64,000 bases of DNA from Vicugna vicugna (taxonomy: Eukaryota), in assembly GCA_013265495.1 (NCBI GenBank), contig MU057521.1, positions 1,562,335 through 1,626,334 of the forward strand. Direction: 5' to 3'. Positions within the stretch are counted from its first letter, which is position 1. The number at the start of each line of letters is the position of its first letter. This document shows, piece after piece, positions 48,212 to 61,940 of this stretch. The notes beneath the pieces were generated by a model. The model ran no database searches, had not been told where the DNA came from, and worked only from the letters and a program-made list of their open reading frames with translations. The translations under genes and the position numbers were made by a program.

Positions 48212-51200
48212 GTAAGGAAACCACCTGCTCTTTGACGTGTGGGAAGTAAGCACTTTCAGGTGCCGAGAGTCAGTGCGGGTCCTTGGGAGTCTGTACTTCT
48301 TTACAGCTTTCACGTACAACTTGTATAATACTACATGGGGCAATTTTGAAATCCGGGAGCAATCTTGAGGACTCTGAGGTCGAGAGGTGGCAGAGCCACC
48401 GCGAAGTACAGAGAGCAGACCCTCCTGAGAGAGGCAGTAGTACATCTAACAATGAAGGTGCTTCCTTGGGGCCTCTGCCCGTGGGCTTGTCGGGTTTGAG
48501 GCAGTTTGGGATTTCAGGTGAACTATCTCTTGCACATGATACCTGCAGAGGGAGATGACTATGAGAAACTCTCTCCCTCCACTTGATTGTTTGCAGCTTG
48601 CCATTCTAGCCCCGGAGCTGGTTCCCCGTCAGCCGGTGCCCTCCAGCTTGCTGTCAGCTCCTTTGCCCCTTAGTCTTCAATAGAACCTAACAGATGAGAT
48701 CCTTTTCAGTGATACTTTTCTTCAGCGCTTTTTCAGTTTCCTCTGTAAGTTTGCTTCTTGCATCAAAAGTGGTTTTGGCTGTTTCTTTCCCTCATTTCTT
48801 ACTTTTAGCCTTTATAGCAAGAACTGACCATTGCGGTGTGACTTGCATTAGGAATATAGGGATCACAATACGACTTTAAGTGATTACTCTCTCTTGAAAT
48901 GGGATCTAAAATCCTCCTCATTATTTCTTTATTTCTAGATGAAAAGTCTTTAAATTTTTTTCTATTTATTGCAGCTTTATTGAGATATAAGTGATATATT
49001 AGATCGAATTCTTGACCAGGAGTGACTAATGTTTGTTCTTTTGGTTAAAGAGTTGGCTGGTACTTAATTAGAGAGCTCTAGATCCTGGTTATATTTGAGC
49101 TTAATAAGTTGTTTCGTATTCTTCCTCCTCTGGTTTGAAGAATCATGTTCTTAGTGATAAAGAATTTTGTTTAAAATAAAGTTAGCATAACAAAATTAAG
49201 TTAGGAGAGAGAAGTCTTTCCAAATTTACTATTCTAGGTTGTAGGTAGTGGTGGAAAAAATAATCACACTTGTGATTTCATTAATCTGTAGCCATTTTTT
49301 TCTAATTTAATATATTTTTGATCCAGTTTGTGTCCTAGCAGGAGTTTAGTAAATTTAAATAAAGAAATCTTAATTCCCACATTGAAATATGCAAGACTGA
49401 AATATGCATCTCTGGTGAGATGTTCCTTTGTGTTTAATTGAGGTGTTTCTCAGACGAGTGAATTTCTGATGGATTTTTGCCTCATAAAGAAAACCATATC
49501 ATAATATAGTAGCATTTGCAGTATCTGAAGATAATGTCCCAGTCTGACGACATGCCTTTAAAAGTTTATGGACTAGAAAATAGGTGATTTCTCTTTTCAT
49601 GTAGGAGTAACAACTATATCCTTTTTTCCTGTGGCTCATGTAATTTGTAAAATGCAGATGCATTAAATGGTAATCATACATGTAACGAGAATATTTTGTT
49701 AGTATGAGGATGATAAATATCCTTGTAACCAACTAGTTACATTGAAGGGAATATATATAAAGCGAGGGATATATTAAATAAGCAGTATTGGACGTATTTT
49801 GTGTGGAAAGAGCTCTGCATTCTTTCTTTTCCTCATGAATGAATTGTTGATCATGATACATGTCCATGCGGAGGAGGGTTTTAGGTGTTAGTCATGACAT
49901 TTAAATATTTGACTCACCTTGATTGTCTCTTCAAGTGTGTCTAAAATATTTTAAGTGGATGATTTTTTTTTTAACTTACCTCAATATAAAGGTAACAAAT
50001 TATCTGTCTGGTTAAATCTTACATTTCTGGTGTGCTCATTTTAATCTTTTTGTTCTTTATGAAAAGCAGTAATTGTCATAAATGCATATATACATCTGTG
50101 TTTATGCTCATAAAAAGAGCTAATAAAATGTGGAAGCCACCACACAGCATCCTGCCTATTCTTGAATGTGAAGCCAGTGTGCAGGTGTCCTAGAAGGAAG
50201 ATGCTTGATTGTTATAAACATGTCTCATTGCTTATTTTATACGAAGTTGAGCTTATTTTAAGCCTAAATTGATATACCAAACATCTCTGTGTTGATATTC
50301 ATTTGCCATAGAACAAAATTAAACATATAGTGAGTCCACTTGAACTTTTGCAAGGAAGTTTAGCTATTGATGAACAAAAGGGCCTAGTTATAAGGTGTTC
50401 TTAACTTATCATGGGAACATTGTCAGGACTTCACATGTAGCGGAGGTTTGCACCGAGCTGGAGGAGATTCCTGGAAATTACCCTTCTGCTGCAGTGGAAT
50501 GTAGGACACCCAACAGGGAAGCATCACATTTTGGTAGTAATTCTTTTCCTTAATAATAAGAGAATTAACATTTGTTTTAGATGAAACCCTCTAAGAGGAT
50601 GTTATGTATCACATTCATGTTTATAATTTTACAAATAAATTTATTGCTGCCTATGTTTTTGTTTATATGTGTAGTTGGAGTTAAGGCCTTTGAAGGCTTT
50701 TGAGTATTTACCTCTATTTAAATTGAGCTCATTACCTGCTATCTATCTAGCTTATCTAGTTTGTCAGCTGCTTTTTTTTTTTTTCTTCAGAAGTTCTTGT
50801 CCAGCAGAGAACTTCATTCTCCTAAAGGTCACCTTTCAATTAAATTTTAGTATTTATGACCAGCTCAAGTTATTCTTAAAAGGTTTTGAAAGCCATTTGT
50901 GGTTGCTTTGAATATTTAAATATTTATTTAGGAAAAGTAAAATGAAAGTCTTTAATGAGGTAGAAGGCATTGGACAAAAGGTACTATCTAATTACAGAGC
51001 TGTTGATGAAAACTTAGTTTGAAAATTGTTACTGCACCTCTCAAGTAACCATTCTCTTAGCTGATTTAAAATATGAAAAGAGTTAATCTGAAGTAACTTG
51101 TCTGAAGTGTTAAGTATTTTAGGTATATTAACATTTAATTTCCCTTTAAGAAAAGCCATCTTACATTTTATCTGAAAGAGAGTGATTTTAGGTTAAAAAA

Positions 51201-54200
51201 ATTTAAGAATTTAGGTTGCTGGATATCAGTTATGGATTTCAAAACATTAATGAGGTTTTGGACTCCCTGGAAGGTCTGAATCGCTGATCAAGGGCAGTAT
51301 TAAACTATTTTGTTGAATATTTTTGACTCTCTTCTACCGCCTTTTAGATTTAGTTGTCTAGCTATTTCAGTTTACATGGTAACAGTGGGAAAGGATGTTG
51401 ACAGAATGGAGAGCACACCCACTGTGCCTGGTGAACCTTGGACGAGATATTTATGTGTGTGACTTCTTGGGATTGCTCAGGAGAACAGACTTCTTCCCCT
51501 CTCATGTTTCTTCTCTTTTTCTCTTCTGGGAATGGTCAAACCTTACATAGTTTCCTACACGGAAACCAAGAAGGGGTGGGTCAGCATTAAGCTGTAATAT
51601 TGACAAGCAGTCTCTTATTACTATAATTACAGCAGTATTGAGTAACGTGGTATGAACATGTGACACCAGTGTATGCTTAAGCAGTCCTTTTAAGAACAAA
51701 GGGTTTAACTTTAATTTTGGTTTTTTTTTTAATATTTAAATAGTGTATTTGTTGTTTTTCACGTAAAGTGCATGCTATCTTGTCCTTCATACTGTGGTTT
51801 GATAAAGTCTATTAACATGTTGGGTTTATTGTCTTCAAAAATCTTAAAGGGCTTTCACATAAATTATCTCATTTGTCCTTTCAAAAACATGATTAGGGAG
51901 GAGTTGGTGTCAATCCTCTTTTCAGATGGAGAAACTGGTGCCTAAGAGTTTTGATTCTTGTGGTTTTTCAGTCCTTGGCAGAGCTGAAAAGAGAGTATGG
52001 ATGTTCTGTTTTACAATTCATATCGCTTCCCTTGAATCGACGCTGAATTTCATTTACGGTTGAATTTTTCATTTGGTTCAAAGCATTCAGAAAATACGCT
52101 GCTTTTGTTGGTAATGAGGTGATATTATCCTCAAGTCCAAAGTGGAATTCTTTGTGAAATGTGGATGGTTCTGTTTTTATCATGCTGCCTTTAAAGACAT
52201 AAAGAAGTAGGACTGGCAAATAAGTAGACAATACAGAAGGAGTACTGAAACGTGCTAAATATTCTCATTGCAAATAGCCATTTAAGTTGATATGGAACAA
52301 AGTTGATGTAACAATTCTTCTCATTATTCTCTTACTCAAACTGACTTCATTTGTTGACTCTTCACTGGGTCTAGAGCATTAACACTTTAGACAACTTTTG
52401 GGGGTGAAGGTATGGCATTTCAGTTCCCTTAAAACATAGGCTTACTTGTAAAGTATCAGAAATATTCCCCATAAAAGGTTTGTGGAAACTTTTCACTTTA
52501 AAGTAAATTTATTTGTACTTTAGTGATTAATACTGCTTTATTGCTGTTACTATGCTGTTCAGTTTTTATAATGCATATATCTTACAGAGCTAGAGAGTAA
52601 GCTATTCTCCCCAAATTTCATAGTTATTCCTAAAATGGTGTATTTTTTTTTAATGTTCATTGGCATAATTGTAGGGAGAAGGGATGAATAAATGAGTTTG
52701 TAAAGTTTCTGGTTGAAAGTTTTATTTTTGTGTTGCTATAAGATTGTTAAATTTAGCAGCTTAAGTTAGATTGATTATCCAAAGATTCTTATTTTTTTTA
52801 AAGTATAAGATGTTTCTGTTGTTTTTTAATTCTCTTTCTTTTTAGAATGTTGAATTTGATTTATTGGTAACATAACATTCATTGATGTTGTATATGATCC
52901 AGCTAGTATAATAGTTGGCATTTTAGCTTTAACATTTGTTAAACTGAATTTGTGGAATTTTGTTAAGCAGCTGGTGGTGTGTGCCCTGAATCTCCAGCCT
53001 TCCTTCCTCTTTGGGTCCCCAGGGGATGTGTTAAACACACATATGCACAGAAGCATTTCTCCCATGGCAGGAGATTTTAGATGTGCCACACACTATTAAT
53101 ATCTTCTATTTCACGTGAGTGAAACTCTGTGGATTTTGAGAGAGTTGGCTCTCAAAGTTTTCTTAGAGTTAATAGGAGTTTTTTCCCCCTTTTCAAAGGC
53201 ATCTCTTACCTCAACTTTGAGATGAATTTAATGAGACATCTGTCAAATGAGGCATCTTAGATTTAATGATTTTGTTATGTGCCAGGGTTGAACACGGTTC
53301 AGTCTATCTGGACAGAGAAGGGTTTAATTGTTCTACTGGGAAAGTCGAGAGATCCTGAAGCCACTCAATAGAAAAGCTTCTCCTTTAAAGACGCCTGACA
53401 TTTTGAAAAATAGAAAGAGATGTTATCAAAATGTCCAAAATTGTCTGGGGATAATGAAGCCCTTTTGTAAAAAAGTCCCACCTTCTAAAACCCACTCCAC
53501 CCCTTTAATCCCAGGCATCTGGTACAGCGCTGGTAATGAAGGGTTTTGAATCTGGCCTCATGTCCCTCTGCTTCTGGGGCAAACTCTTTTTTGTACTTAC
53601 CTTTGGTTTTCTAAAGATTGTGTAATTAAAACAAAACAAAACAAAATTGACCATATAGATTCCTTAGATACGTTAGTTATCTATAACATATATCTATGTG
53701 ACTGTGTTTAGATTTGTTATGAAACGTCAACTCTGGGCTTTGGAAATTTTTAATAAATTGAAACTCAAAAATCTGAGGGAAAAAAGATTTTAATGATACT
53801 TCAATTAAAGAACATTAGGCTATTTGGTTAACTATGAAACTAGCTGTTTCAAGTGGTGTAATAATTGTACTTAAGAATCAAGAAAAATAAGTTACTGGAT
53901 TGCTGAAGTGTTACTACATGTTGATTTAGAGGTGGAATGGTTTTGTTATATAAATAATATATATGTCTGATATACTTTTTTCTACATTAAATGAAACAAA
54001 GCAGAACCATGCCATAATGCCATATTCATGCTGGAATATTTCCTTGTTGTATTTTTACACTTGAGATTGCTTTAATACATTGTAAAATGTATTTACTGAT
54101 AGCGTCTTAATTAAGGTACAATTCCAGTGGCCTTTGAGTTGGGAACCTAGAAGTCCTATTGGAAACGGAGTAAAACACTCCTATTTGTAGGTTGTACATA

Positions 54201-55034
54201 TTTTATGAGTTTATTAGTATCAATACTGTAGCAAAACCCAAAAAGATCCAGAATTTTTGACATATATTTTCCCAAATGAAGCTTTCTAGAAGTAAATTAG
54301 TCTCATTTCCAGCTACGTGACAGCATTCAGTTGAAGACGGAATAGCATTTGAAATAATTTGGTTTTGGACCATTTCAGCAATGAATGAAAACATTTAAAT
54401 AGAGATTTGAAATTTGAGATGATTGGCTGATTTTATTTTTAGTTTCCTCCCTGCATTCTTTTCAAGCAGGAAGAGTTTTGTATTTGTTGTCAATTTCTAC
54501 TGACTCCTGTCTGATGAAGAGCAGCCGGAGAGTGAATCTTTTCATGTATCTGCACCCGTTAGTAATATGTTAGAATGTTTGGGCTCTCTTTTCAAATATG
54601 AGGCATGTTTTTTAATACAGTGAAAGTGAGTGTGAACTGTACTTGTTTTCATTGCCCATTTAATAATTATCTGGATTTTAACAATCAGTTCACTCCTGAC
54701 ACATGGTCCAAAGAGCAAAATTTTATGCACAGAATCAGTTTTGAACTTTATTGTCATTTACAAGATACACATTCCTGAGGAATTCTTTGTTCCTATCCAT
54801 ATTTTGAGAGCTTTTTGGCTATACACTAGCGCTTGAATGGCTGCTACATCTTATAGTTCTTGAGTTTGGCTGATGTGTCCTGGGGCCAGTTGAAAGTAAC
54901 TTTCTTCTTTTCAAAAACAACTTTGGGAAAGAATTTGTACCATTTTAATCTTACGCTCTGATTGAGAGAAAATGGTCAGTCATTTAAAGAAACTAGTCTG
55001 AGAGTTGGGAAACTTGGTATGACTTTGGACATTC

Positions 55035-55374
55035 TTTTTTTTTTTTTTATGTAAAGATTTTTTTTTTTTACATTTTTATTGATTCATAATCATTTTACAG
55101 TGTTGTGTCAAATTCCAGTGTTCAGTACAATTTTTCAGTCATACATGGACATATAAACACTCATTGTCACATTTTTTTCTCTGTGATTTATCATAACATT
55201 TTGTGNNNNNNNNNNNNNNNNNNNNNNNNNNNNNNNNNNNNNNNNNNNNNNNNNNNNNNNTTTGTTTGTTTGTTTTTGTTTTTTAGATTCCACATATGAG
55301 CGATCTCATATGGTATTTTTCTTTCTCTTTCTGGCTTACTTCACTTAGAATGACATTCTCTAGGAGCATCCATG
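55035..55374 (-). mobile_element. Young camelid L1 3' end (spans an N gap) with perfect TSD, inserted into a MIR
   Basis: Poly(T), then ...GATTCCACATATGAGCGATCTCATATGGTATTTTTCTTTCTCTTTCTGGCTTACTTCACTTAGAATGACATTCTC. TSD TTGGACATTC at 55025-55034 and 55375-55384. MIR sequence resumes downstream (CCTCATCAGTAAAATG...TCTAAGATCTCTTTCAACTCT). Confidence 0.88.
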
Positions 55375-57924
55375 TTGGACATTCATTTTAACCTATCCTG
55401 GACTTTGGTATCCTCATCAGTAAAATGATGAGCTTCGAGTAGAATAAGTCTAAGATCTCTTTCAACTCTTAACATTCTGGGGCTCCATTAGAGGGCCTGT
55501 TCTTCAAATTAGAAGGACTAGATGTTGTAGTTGTTTTAAGTTCTGTAAGACTTGTCCGTGGGTTTAACAACAGCCAAATCCCCTGCCTTTTGTCATGGAG
55601 AAAGGAGCCGGCTTGGACCTAACTTACACAAGTCAGCCTGGGGTTGCCAATGGAAGCTGAATACTTTTCTGGAGTAGATTAGGACTAATTGACAGACTAG
55701 ATGATGTTTGATTCACCCTCTCCTTACCAGCCCTACTCTTCAAAGTAGAATTCAGTACACTAGAGATGAATTTAAAGAAACCCTAGAGATGAATTTAAAG
55801 AAATACATCCTTTTAAAAGTTAAAGTAAGATTCTTTTCTTAAGTTGACTTATAAAGCAAGATACTTTCATAATCCAGTTTATAAAGTTTATTGTAGCAGT
55901 AACTGTATTTGAGAGGTCCAAATCTTACTGGTTCATTAGCTTTAATTCGTGGTGAGCTGTGTGCCTGTCTACTTGTGCCTAGAGTCAGTAAGAGCAAAAA
56001 CCCTTAAAGAAAATGAAATTTTTGTGTTATTTTGATTAGGTTGTAGAATTTAGGATCCTGTAGAGAGCCCAACATCTGTATTTTTATAGACGAGGAAAGC
56101 AAGCCCTATAGGGGTTAAGTGTCTGGTCCAAGGTCTTATCAAGTCAGTCTTAGAATTAAGGAATGGCACCCAGGATTTTTATCATTGGAACCTCCTTTAT
56201 TTAATATTCAAAATGAAAGTTTAAAAAATTGAGTGTGCTTCACACATTTGATGCTTTCTCTATTCAAGGTGTTTCTAGTTAATTTTCTTTCTCATCACTG
56301 CTTTTGAGAGATTATATATATATCACTTTGACAGATTATGAGAGGTGGCTTCTAATGGAACAATTGGATATTTTAATTGCATAATGGGAAATTAGATTTC
56401 ATTAGTGATGTTACCTTTTGGGAGATTTACGACAGAACTTTAAATTAGACAGACAATTGGCTGAAAAGAGTTACAGTGCTAGAAAATCAGAAAATCAGTG
56501 GTGATTTCTTCAGTACTTTAAAGTTGAAATTGTTAGAAGAATGGAAATGTTGGAATAAGAAATCATAGAATTTTTAAAAAATATTTGGGAGAAAAATTTA
56601 AGAATAGATTTTGAAAAGAAAATTCCCATTCAGACATGTGTTCATTAAATAGATTCAGTATTCATTATATTCTTTTATCAATTTTTTTTTTAAGAAAAAT
56701 GGTATCGTCTCACAATTAAATGCAGTTGCCCTATTTGGGTACACATACACAGTCCTATTTTTATGTGATGTAAAAAACTGAAACAACTTGTAATCTTTGG
56801 GCTTTTGCTGTTTGCTAGTTTTGGAAGTCTTTATCACGAAATCTGGTACTGCTCTGAATATCTCTTTCTCTCAAAGAGAAACAGAAATATCTTGCTCCTG
56901 TTAGAAGTAAAACAGCTTGCGAATATTTGTAGGGGTGAGAGAGATTCCCTTTTATATTAGGTTCCATTTTAATATAATCATTTAACTTAAGCAAAAGTTT
57001 TATGTGGAAACTAATCTATGGAGTCAGTTAATTCCTCAAAGATGACTGTTCATTTTTACTATGAGGAAGGGAACTTTTTAAAGCGCAGAAGTACAGAGGA
57101 GTAAAAATAAATTGCATCTGGCATATGGAATATGTATTTGAGATGCTGAAGCAGAGAAGAAATTTCTCTTGGCGGTCTCTGAGAGGTGGTATGGCTGGAG
57201 GTAGTAGAGGCGCAGGTCTGTGTACTAAATTGAATCTTCCCCTGTGGGAGGAAGTAAACACTACTTTCATTGGCAGAGGGGCATTCTTTCTCCTCCTTAC
57301 GTACATCCCATGCATGCTTACATGATACATGCACACGTGTTCTCCATCGATTGTTGAGGTGGTAGTTGTATTTATGGATGGAAGGGGATGGGTGGGGCAA
57401 ATAATCTTGGGGGGAAAGATCTTGATTTAAAAGAAAATTGCAGTTCTTAATTATATAGAGCATTTTTTTTTTCACATTTTAATTGGTAACATTTCTCTTG
57501 TGACTGGCCTGTTTGTATCTCTAGCCCTTTTTTTTTTGTATGATAGTTGTCTTTTTCCTACTGGCTTATAGATTTGTTTTGGGGGGTATGTTTAGGGAAC
57601 CTAGCTTTGTTTTTCTAAGTCACTTTTTTCTTTATCTGTTCACACTTCTTTCTGTGTCAGTCCTTTCAAAAATCTAGGTATTCAGGTTTCTGTGTGAGGC
57701 TTCAGAAGACCTCCCCACCCCAAGGTTAAAAAGAAATACCCCATATTTTCCTGTGTTGTCTCATAGTTTTACTTGTAGGCTACAAAATTATAATCTATCG
57801 TTTGTTTAAGAAAGATAGGAAGTAGGAAAGAACAAATTGTCCCCATACTTTTTATTGGATAATTGAGTATTTCTTTAGTGATTTAAAGCTGTCACTTTTC
57901 CTTAGTTTATCTTTTTTTCCTTAA

Positions 57925-58165
57925 CTGATTGGCATTTGTATCATCCTTACTATGTGCTAGGCACTGTTTTAAGTGTTTTGTAAGTATTAGCTCATTTAAT
58001 TCTCATAACAACCCTATGAGGTAGATAATGTTGCCCCTGCAGCAGATGGAGAAACTGAGTTACAGAGCAGTTTAGTACCTTGTGTGGGTTTGTCCAGTGA
58101 GCAAGGCACAGGCAGAATGCAAGTCCAAGCATTTGAAGCCAGAGTTAACTAGTTAACTCATGTGT
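57925..58165 (-). mobile_element. MIR SINE
   Basis: CTTACTATGTGCTAGGCACTGTTTTAAGTG...CTCATTTAATTCTCATAACAACCCTATGAGGTAG...CAGATGGAGAAACTGAG. Confidence 0.85.
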
Positions 58166-58239
58166 AATAGCTTGATTTGCTGAATGTGAAAAACATTCTA
58201 TCCTTAACAACCTTCTGGGGCCGGTTTGGGCATATCAGC

Positions 58240-58670
58240 ATTTGGGAAGCATGGACTTTGAAGTAATTGAGGCTTGGACTTGCTTTCTGGCTGTGCCCCT
58301 GACCTCAGAGCTCCACTTCCCTCTTTCCTTCTCTGTAGGAAGAGGTGATACCTACCTGCCACACAGGGCTGTTGAGAAGATCAAATGAAATGAGGGGAAC
58401 TGCCCAGGACAGCAGGACTCAGTGTAAGCCAGGCCCTGGTCTTCGGATGGAATGTGCACTGATGCAGGAACTGGGACCTAGATTTGACTGTGGGCTTCCT
58501 CTCTACTTGATGTGAGACCTGTGATGAACCCCCAAGTCTCCTTAAGCCTCATTTATTAGAGAAAAAAGGCGATAAAAAAAATCTGTCTCAGAGAACTTTG
58601 TGAGGTTCAGATTTGATGATATATGTGGAAGTGCTTTGTAAACTGTGAGATGTTATACAAATGTAGTGTG
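58240..58670 (+). mobile_element. Two tandem MIR-family fragments
   Basis: GCATGGACTTTGAAGT...CACAGGGCTGTTGAGAAGATCAAATGA; CTTAAGCCTCATTT...GTGGAAGTGCTTTGTAAACTGTGAGATG. Confidence 0.65.
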
Positions 58671-60995
58671 GTGTGTTATTTTTAGTACTAGTAAATTGCC
58701 ACAAATGTTAATTAGAGGTAATTAGGGCTCATTAAGGAAGATGGGATATGCTGTTGCTCGGTGACACTGGCAAACTATACACTTTCACTCTTTCATCTAT
58801 TCATTCTATCCAGTAATTACTATGAATACCTAGTATGTCAAAGGTGCTTTTGATTCAAAGATGACTGATTTGAATTGTCGATGATCCCTTGAAATACTTG
58901 CAGATCTGAGGGCATGTTTGTGGAAACAAGCAAGCCAGCACTTAGAATACAGCGGTGGGAAGTGTTCTGATAGAGGCGTGGGGTTCACAGACGCCTGTAG
59001 CAACCATAGAGGAGAGACTCCTGACTGCACCGTGTGACTCCCCAGAAGGCCCCTGAGCCACCCTGAAGGACCAGAGGGCGTAGCCTCTCGCCATAGCTCC
59101 GGGATGCTGAATTGTTTGAGGGGCAGACATACATTACTAGTAGTTCAGAGTCCAGTCAGGCTAGTTTAGGGTTGGTAATTCCAGCCTAATCCTTTAAGAC
59201 TTACCAACCCTTTCTGTCTAGCCCTTCTCATCCACTTGAATCATTTGGGCTTCATTTGGTATCATAGTTTGTGAGGATCTAAGTTCTGGGTTAAGGAAAT
59301 ATTAATTTTGCTTTCTTGAAAAGAAAACGCAAATGTGCACATGCCCAAGGCTGCCCCAAAGCCTGGCAGTGGGCCTCCAATGTACTTGAAAGAGCTTTTC
59401 TTACTCTTTTCTGCAAGGCCTGTGAGAGTTTTGCTTTCCTTGGGTTTATGAGATTTATGGGAAATGCTGTGTTTATCTTCCAGAGGCAGGTACTTTCTTT
59501 TAGTTTAATGTCATGTAGCCCACATTCATGTAAAATTTGGAAGATGATGAATTGGTCATACCCTGGGGGTATTAATTTTGACTTTGCCCGTGTACTGTCT
59601 GGATCTTCATTCGTGAAGGAATTTTTTTTTTACTCTCTTGTGTGGACTAGGAGGATACACAACTCTTAAGTTGTTCATATAAGCAAAAGCAACTCTTTTA
59701 TCCGTGGCTGTAAATCCGTACTACACTCATGGCAAGTTAAGTCTTTACTAATGGCCTGTTAGGAGTTTCTTTTAAGAGGAGGGCAAACGTCTCTGTGAAA
59801 TATTGTCTCGTGTAGTAACGTGAATGACAACACTGGAAAAGATCTTTATTTTGCTTTTTATGTTTTAAAATTATGATAAATATCCTGGTTAAAAAATTAT
59901 GCAGATCCTGTCTGATTAAAATAAGTCGTACTTATAATGATTCACATGAAAATACTTCTAACTCAAACTCGTTAACAGTCAGGTTAATTACCTGCCAGTG
60001 TGTATTTTCCACTGTCATTTGTACCTTTCTGCCCCCTGTGACAAATTTCTACAGAAACCTCACTTAACTCATTAGAGCAAAATCAACACCTGACAAGCTG
60101 ATTTTCATGGGGGAATATTAACAGAAATGTTAGCATCATAAGGAGACTAATTACTGGCCCTTGTGATTATGACGTGGATGCTAAAAATCCCTTGCGACTA
60201 AGTCGTAAGAGGGGCTTGGTGTTTTTAACCAAAATCTGAATAGTATTGTCTCATTGATAAATACACAATGAGAAAAGTTCTATAAACAAGTATCACGGAA
60301 CTGCTAAAAAAGTGTCACTGTGACGATGCCATACAGAAGTCCATTTCTGAGAGTAGGGATCGTCTTGGTTGGGGGGGTGGAATGCTTGTTTTGTATCTCA
60401 GATTGGCTTGCAGCTGCTGATAGAGTTGGGAGTTGTCATTGCTTCTTGCTTCTGTAGATGTGCATAAGGTCCCCCATTCCACCCCCCCAACCAAACAACA
60501 AAATGGTGACAGCCTCTTGGTTCTAAGAAGCTGATAGATTAACCCAAGTGGTGTTAACCTCCAGATAATGCTGATACATAAAGAGAAGTAGTGGTGTTCA
60601 TTTATCTTCAAGGTACTGTCATAAGCACAAGTATATATACCCCCTTGCACAGTATCTTCTTTAGCTTTTACAAACATTTGTAATATTAGAGTAGATTAAA
60701 CCAGAGTTGTCTGTAGATAGTTACTAATTCAGAACCAGGTGAATGAAATCATTGAAGTAATACCTGCCAGGGTATAGCTTTGCCAAGCTTCACAGGTGAA
60801 AAATGGGTGACAACATCATGGATATCCTACGGAGAGCACAGAATGTGAGCACTGGGAGGGACCAGGGGACATTTAGTCCAGTTTCTTACCTCGCATAGAC
60901 ATCTGTGCTTATCCTCTTCTGGCTGATGGCCATCTGGCTTCTGCTTGTTGACTGCTTGCTAGGTACTTTATTCTAGGACAGCACTGAGTGGAGAT

Positions 60996-61940
60996 CATGC
61001 TTCTTGAAATGTGGTCTGTGGATCAGCATCTCCTGAGAATGGGTTAGGAATGCAGAATCTATGCTGGAGAGGGTGTGAAGAAAAGGGAACCCTCCTCCAC
61101 CATTGGTAGGAAGGTAGTTTTGTTCAGCCGTCATGGAAAACAGTATGGAAATTCCTTAAAAAACTGAAAATAGACTTGCCCTATTGATCCAGCAATCCCA
61201 CTCCTAGGCATATATCCAGAGGAAATTCTCATTTGAAAATAAACATGCATCCAAATGTTCATAGCAGCGCTACTTACAGTAGCCAAGACATGGAAGCAAC
61301 ATAAAGGTCCATCAACAGATGACTAGATGAAGAAGTTGTGGTGTATATACAATGGAATACTACTCAGCCATTAAAAGGAATAAAATAATGCCATTTTCAG
61401 CAACATGGATGGACCTGGAGATCATCATTCTAAGTGAAGTAAGCCAGAAACAGAAAGGAGAATACCATATGATAGTACTTGTATGTGGCATCTTGAAAAA
61501 AAAAAAAAAGGACACAAATGAACTTATTTACAGACCAGAGATAGACACACAGACATAGAAAACAAACTTGTGGTTACCAGGGGAAAAAAGGGGCAGGGAG
61601 GGATAAATTGGGAGTTTGGGATTTTGTAGATCCTAACTACTATATATAAAATAGATACAAGGTCCTACTGTATAGCACAGGAACTCTATTTAATACCTTG
61701 TGATGGGTTATAATGAAAAAGAATATAAAAAGGAATATGTGTTGTGTGTATGTTGTATGTATAAATGAACCACTATGCTGTACACCAGAAATTAACACAA
61801 CATTGTAAATCAACTATATACTTCAATTTAAAAAAAAGAAATACAGAATTTCAGGCCCAACCTCAGACTTACTGAATAATTGTCATTTTGACAAGATTCC
61901 TAGGCAATTGCTTTGCATAATTCAGTTTAAGAATTGCTAG
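60996..61940 (+). mobile_element. MER5-family MITE split by an L1 insertion
   Basis: Left half CTTGAAATGTGGTCTGTGGATCAGCATC...TTAGGAATGCAGAAT; right half TTCAGGCCCAACCTCAGACTTACTGAAT...CATTTTGACAAGATTCC...AGTTTAAGAATTGCTAG. Confidence 0.75.
61059..61836 (+). mobile_element. 5'-truncated camelid/artiodactyl L1 with TSD
   Basis: ATGCTGGAGAGGGTGTGAAGAAAAGGGAACCCTCC...MEYYSAIKRNKIMPFSATWMDLEIIILSEVSQ (ORF2 C-terminus, ORF 61352..61558)...poly(A). TSD AGGAATGCAGAAT (61046-61058) / AGAAATACAGAAT (61837-61849). Confidence 0.92.

Larger units (their letters stand above)
45990..48290. promoter_or_regulatory. CpG island covering the PHLPP1 promoter, 5'UTR and exon 1
   Basis: Abrupt rise in GC and CpG density relative to the CpG-depleted flanks. 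GC boxes (CCCCGCCCCGCCC ~46274-46286), no clear TATA box. Confidence 0.93.

Noticed and set aside
46372..48235. Many overlapping and antisense ORFs in the CpG island (e.g. 46454..47509 -, 351 aa; 46461..47231 -, 256 aa)
   Set aside because: Stop codons are scarce in very GC-rich DNA. The products are low-complexity Ala/Arg/Gly/Pro shadows of PHLPP1 exon 1, and several run through Ns.
46501..48249. The 582-aa ORF as a complete single-exon gene
   Set aside because: It starts at TTG and crosses an N gap. The tail after ...FYAG (KETTCSLTCGK) is read-through into intron 1 past the GTAAGG donor.
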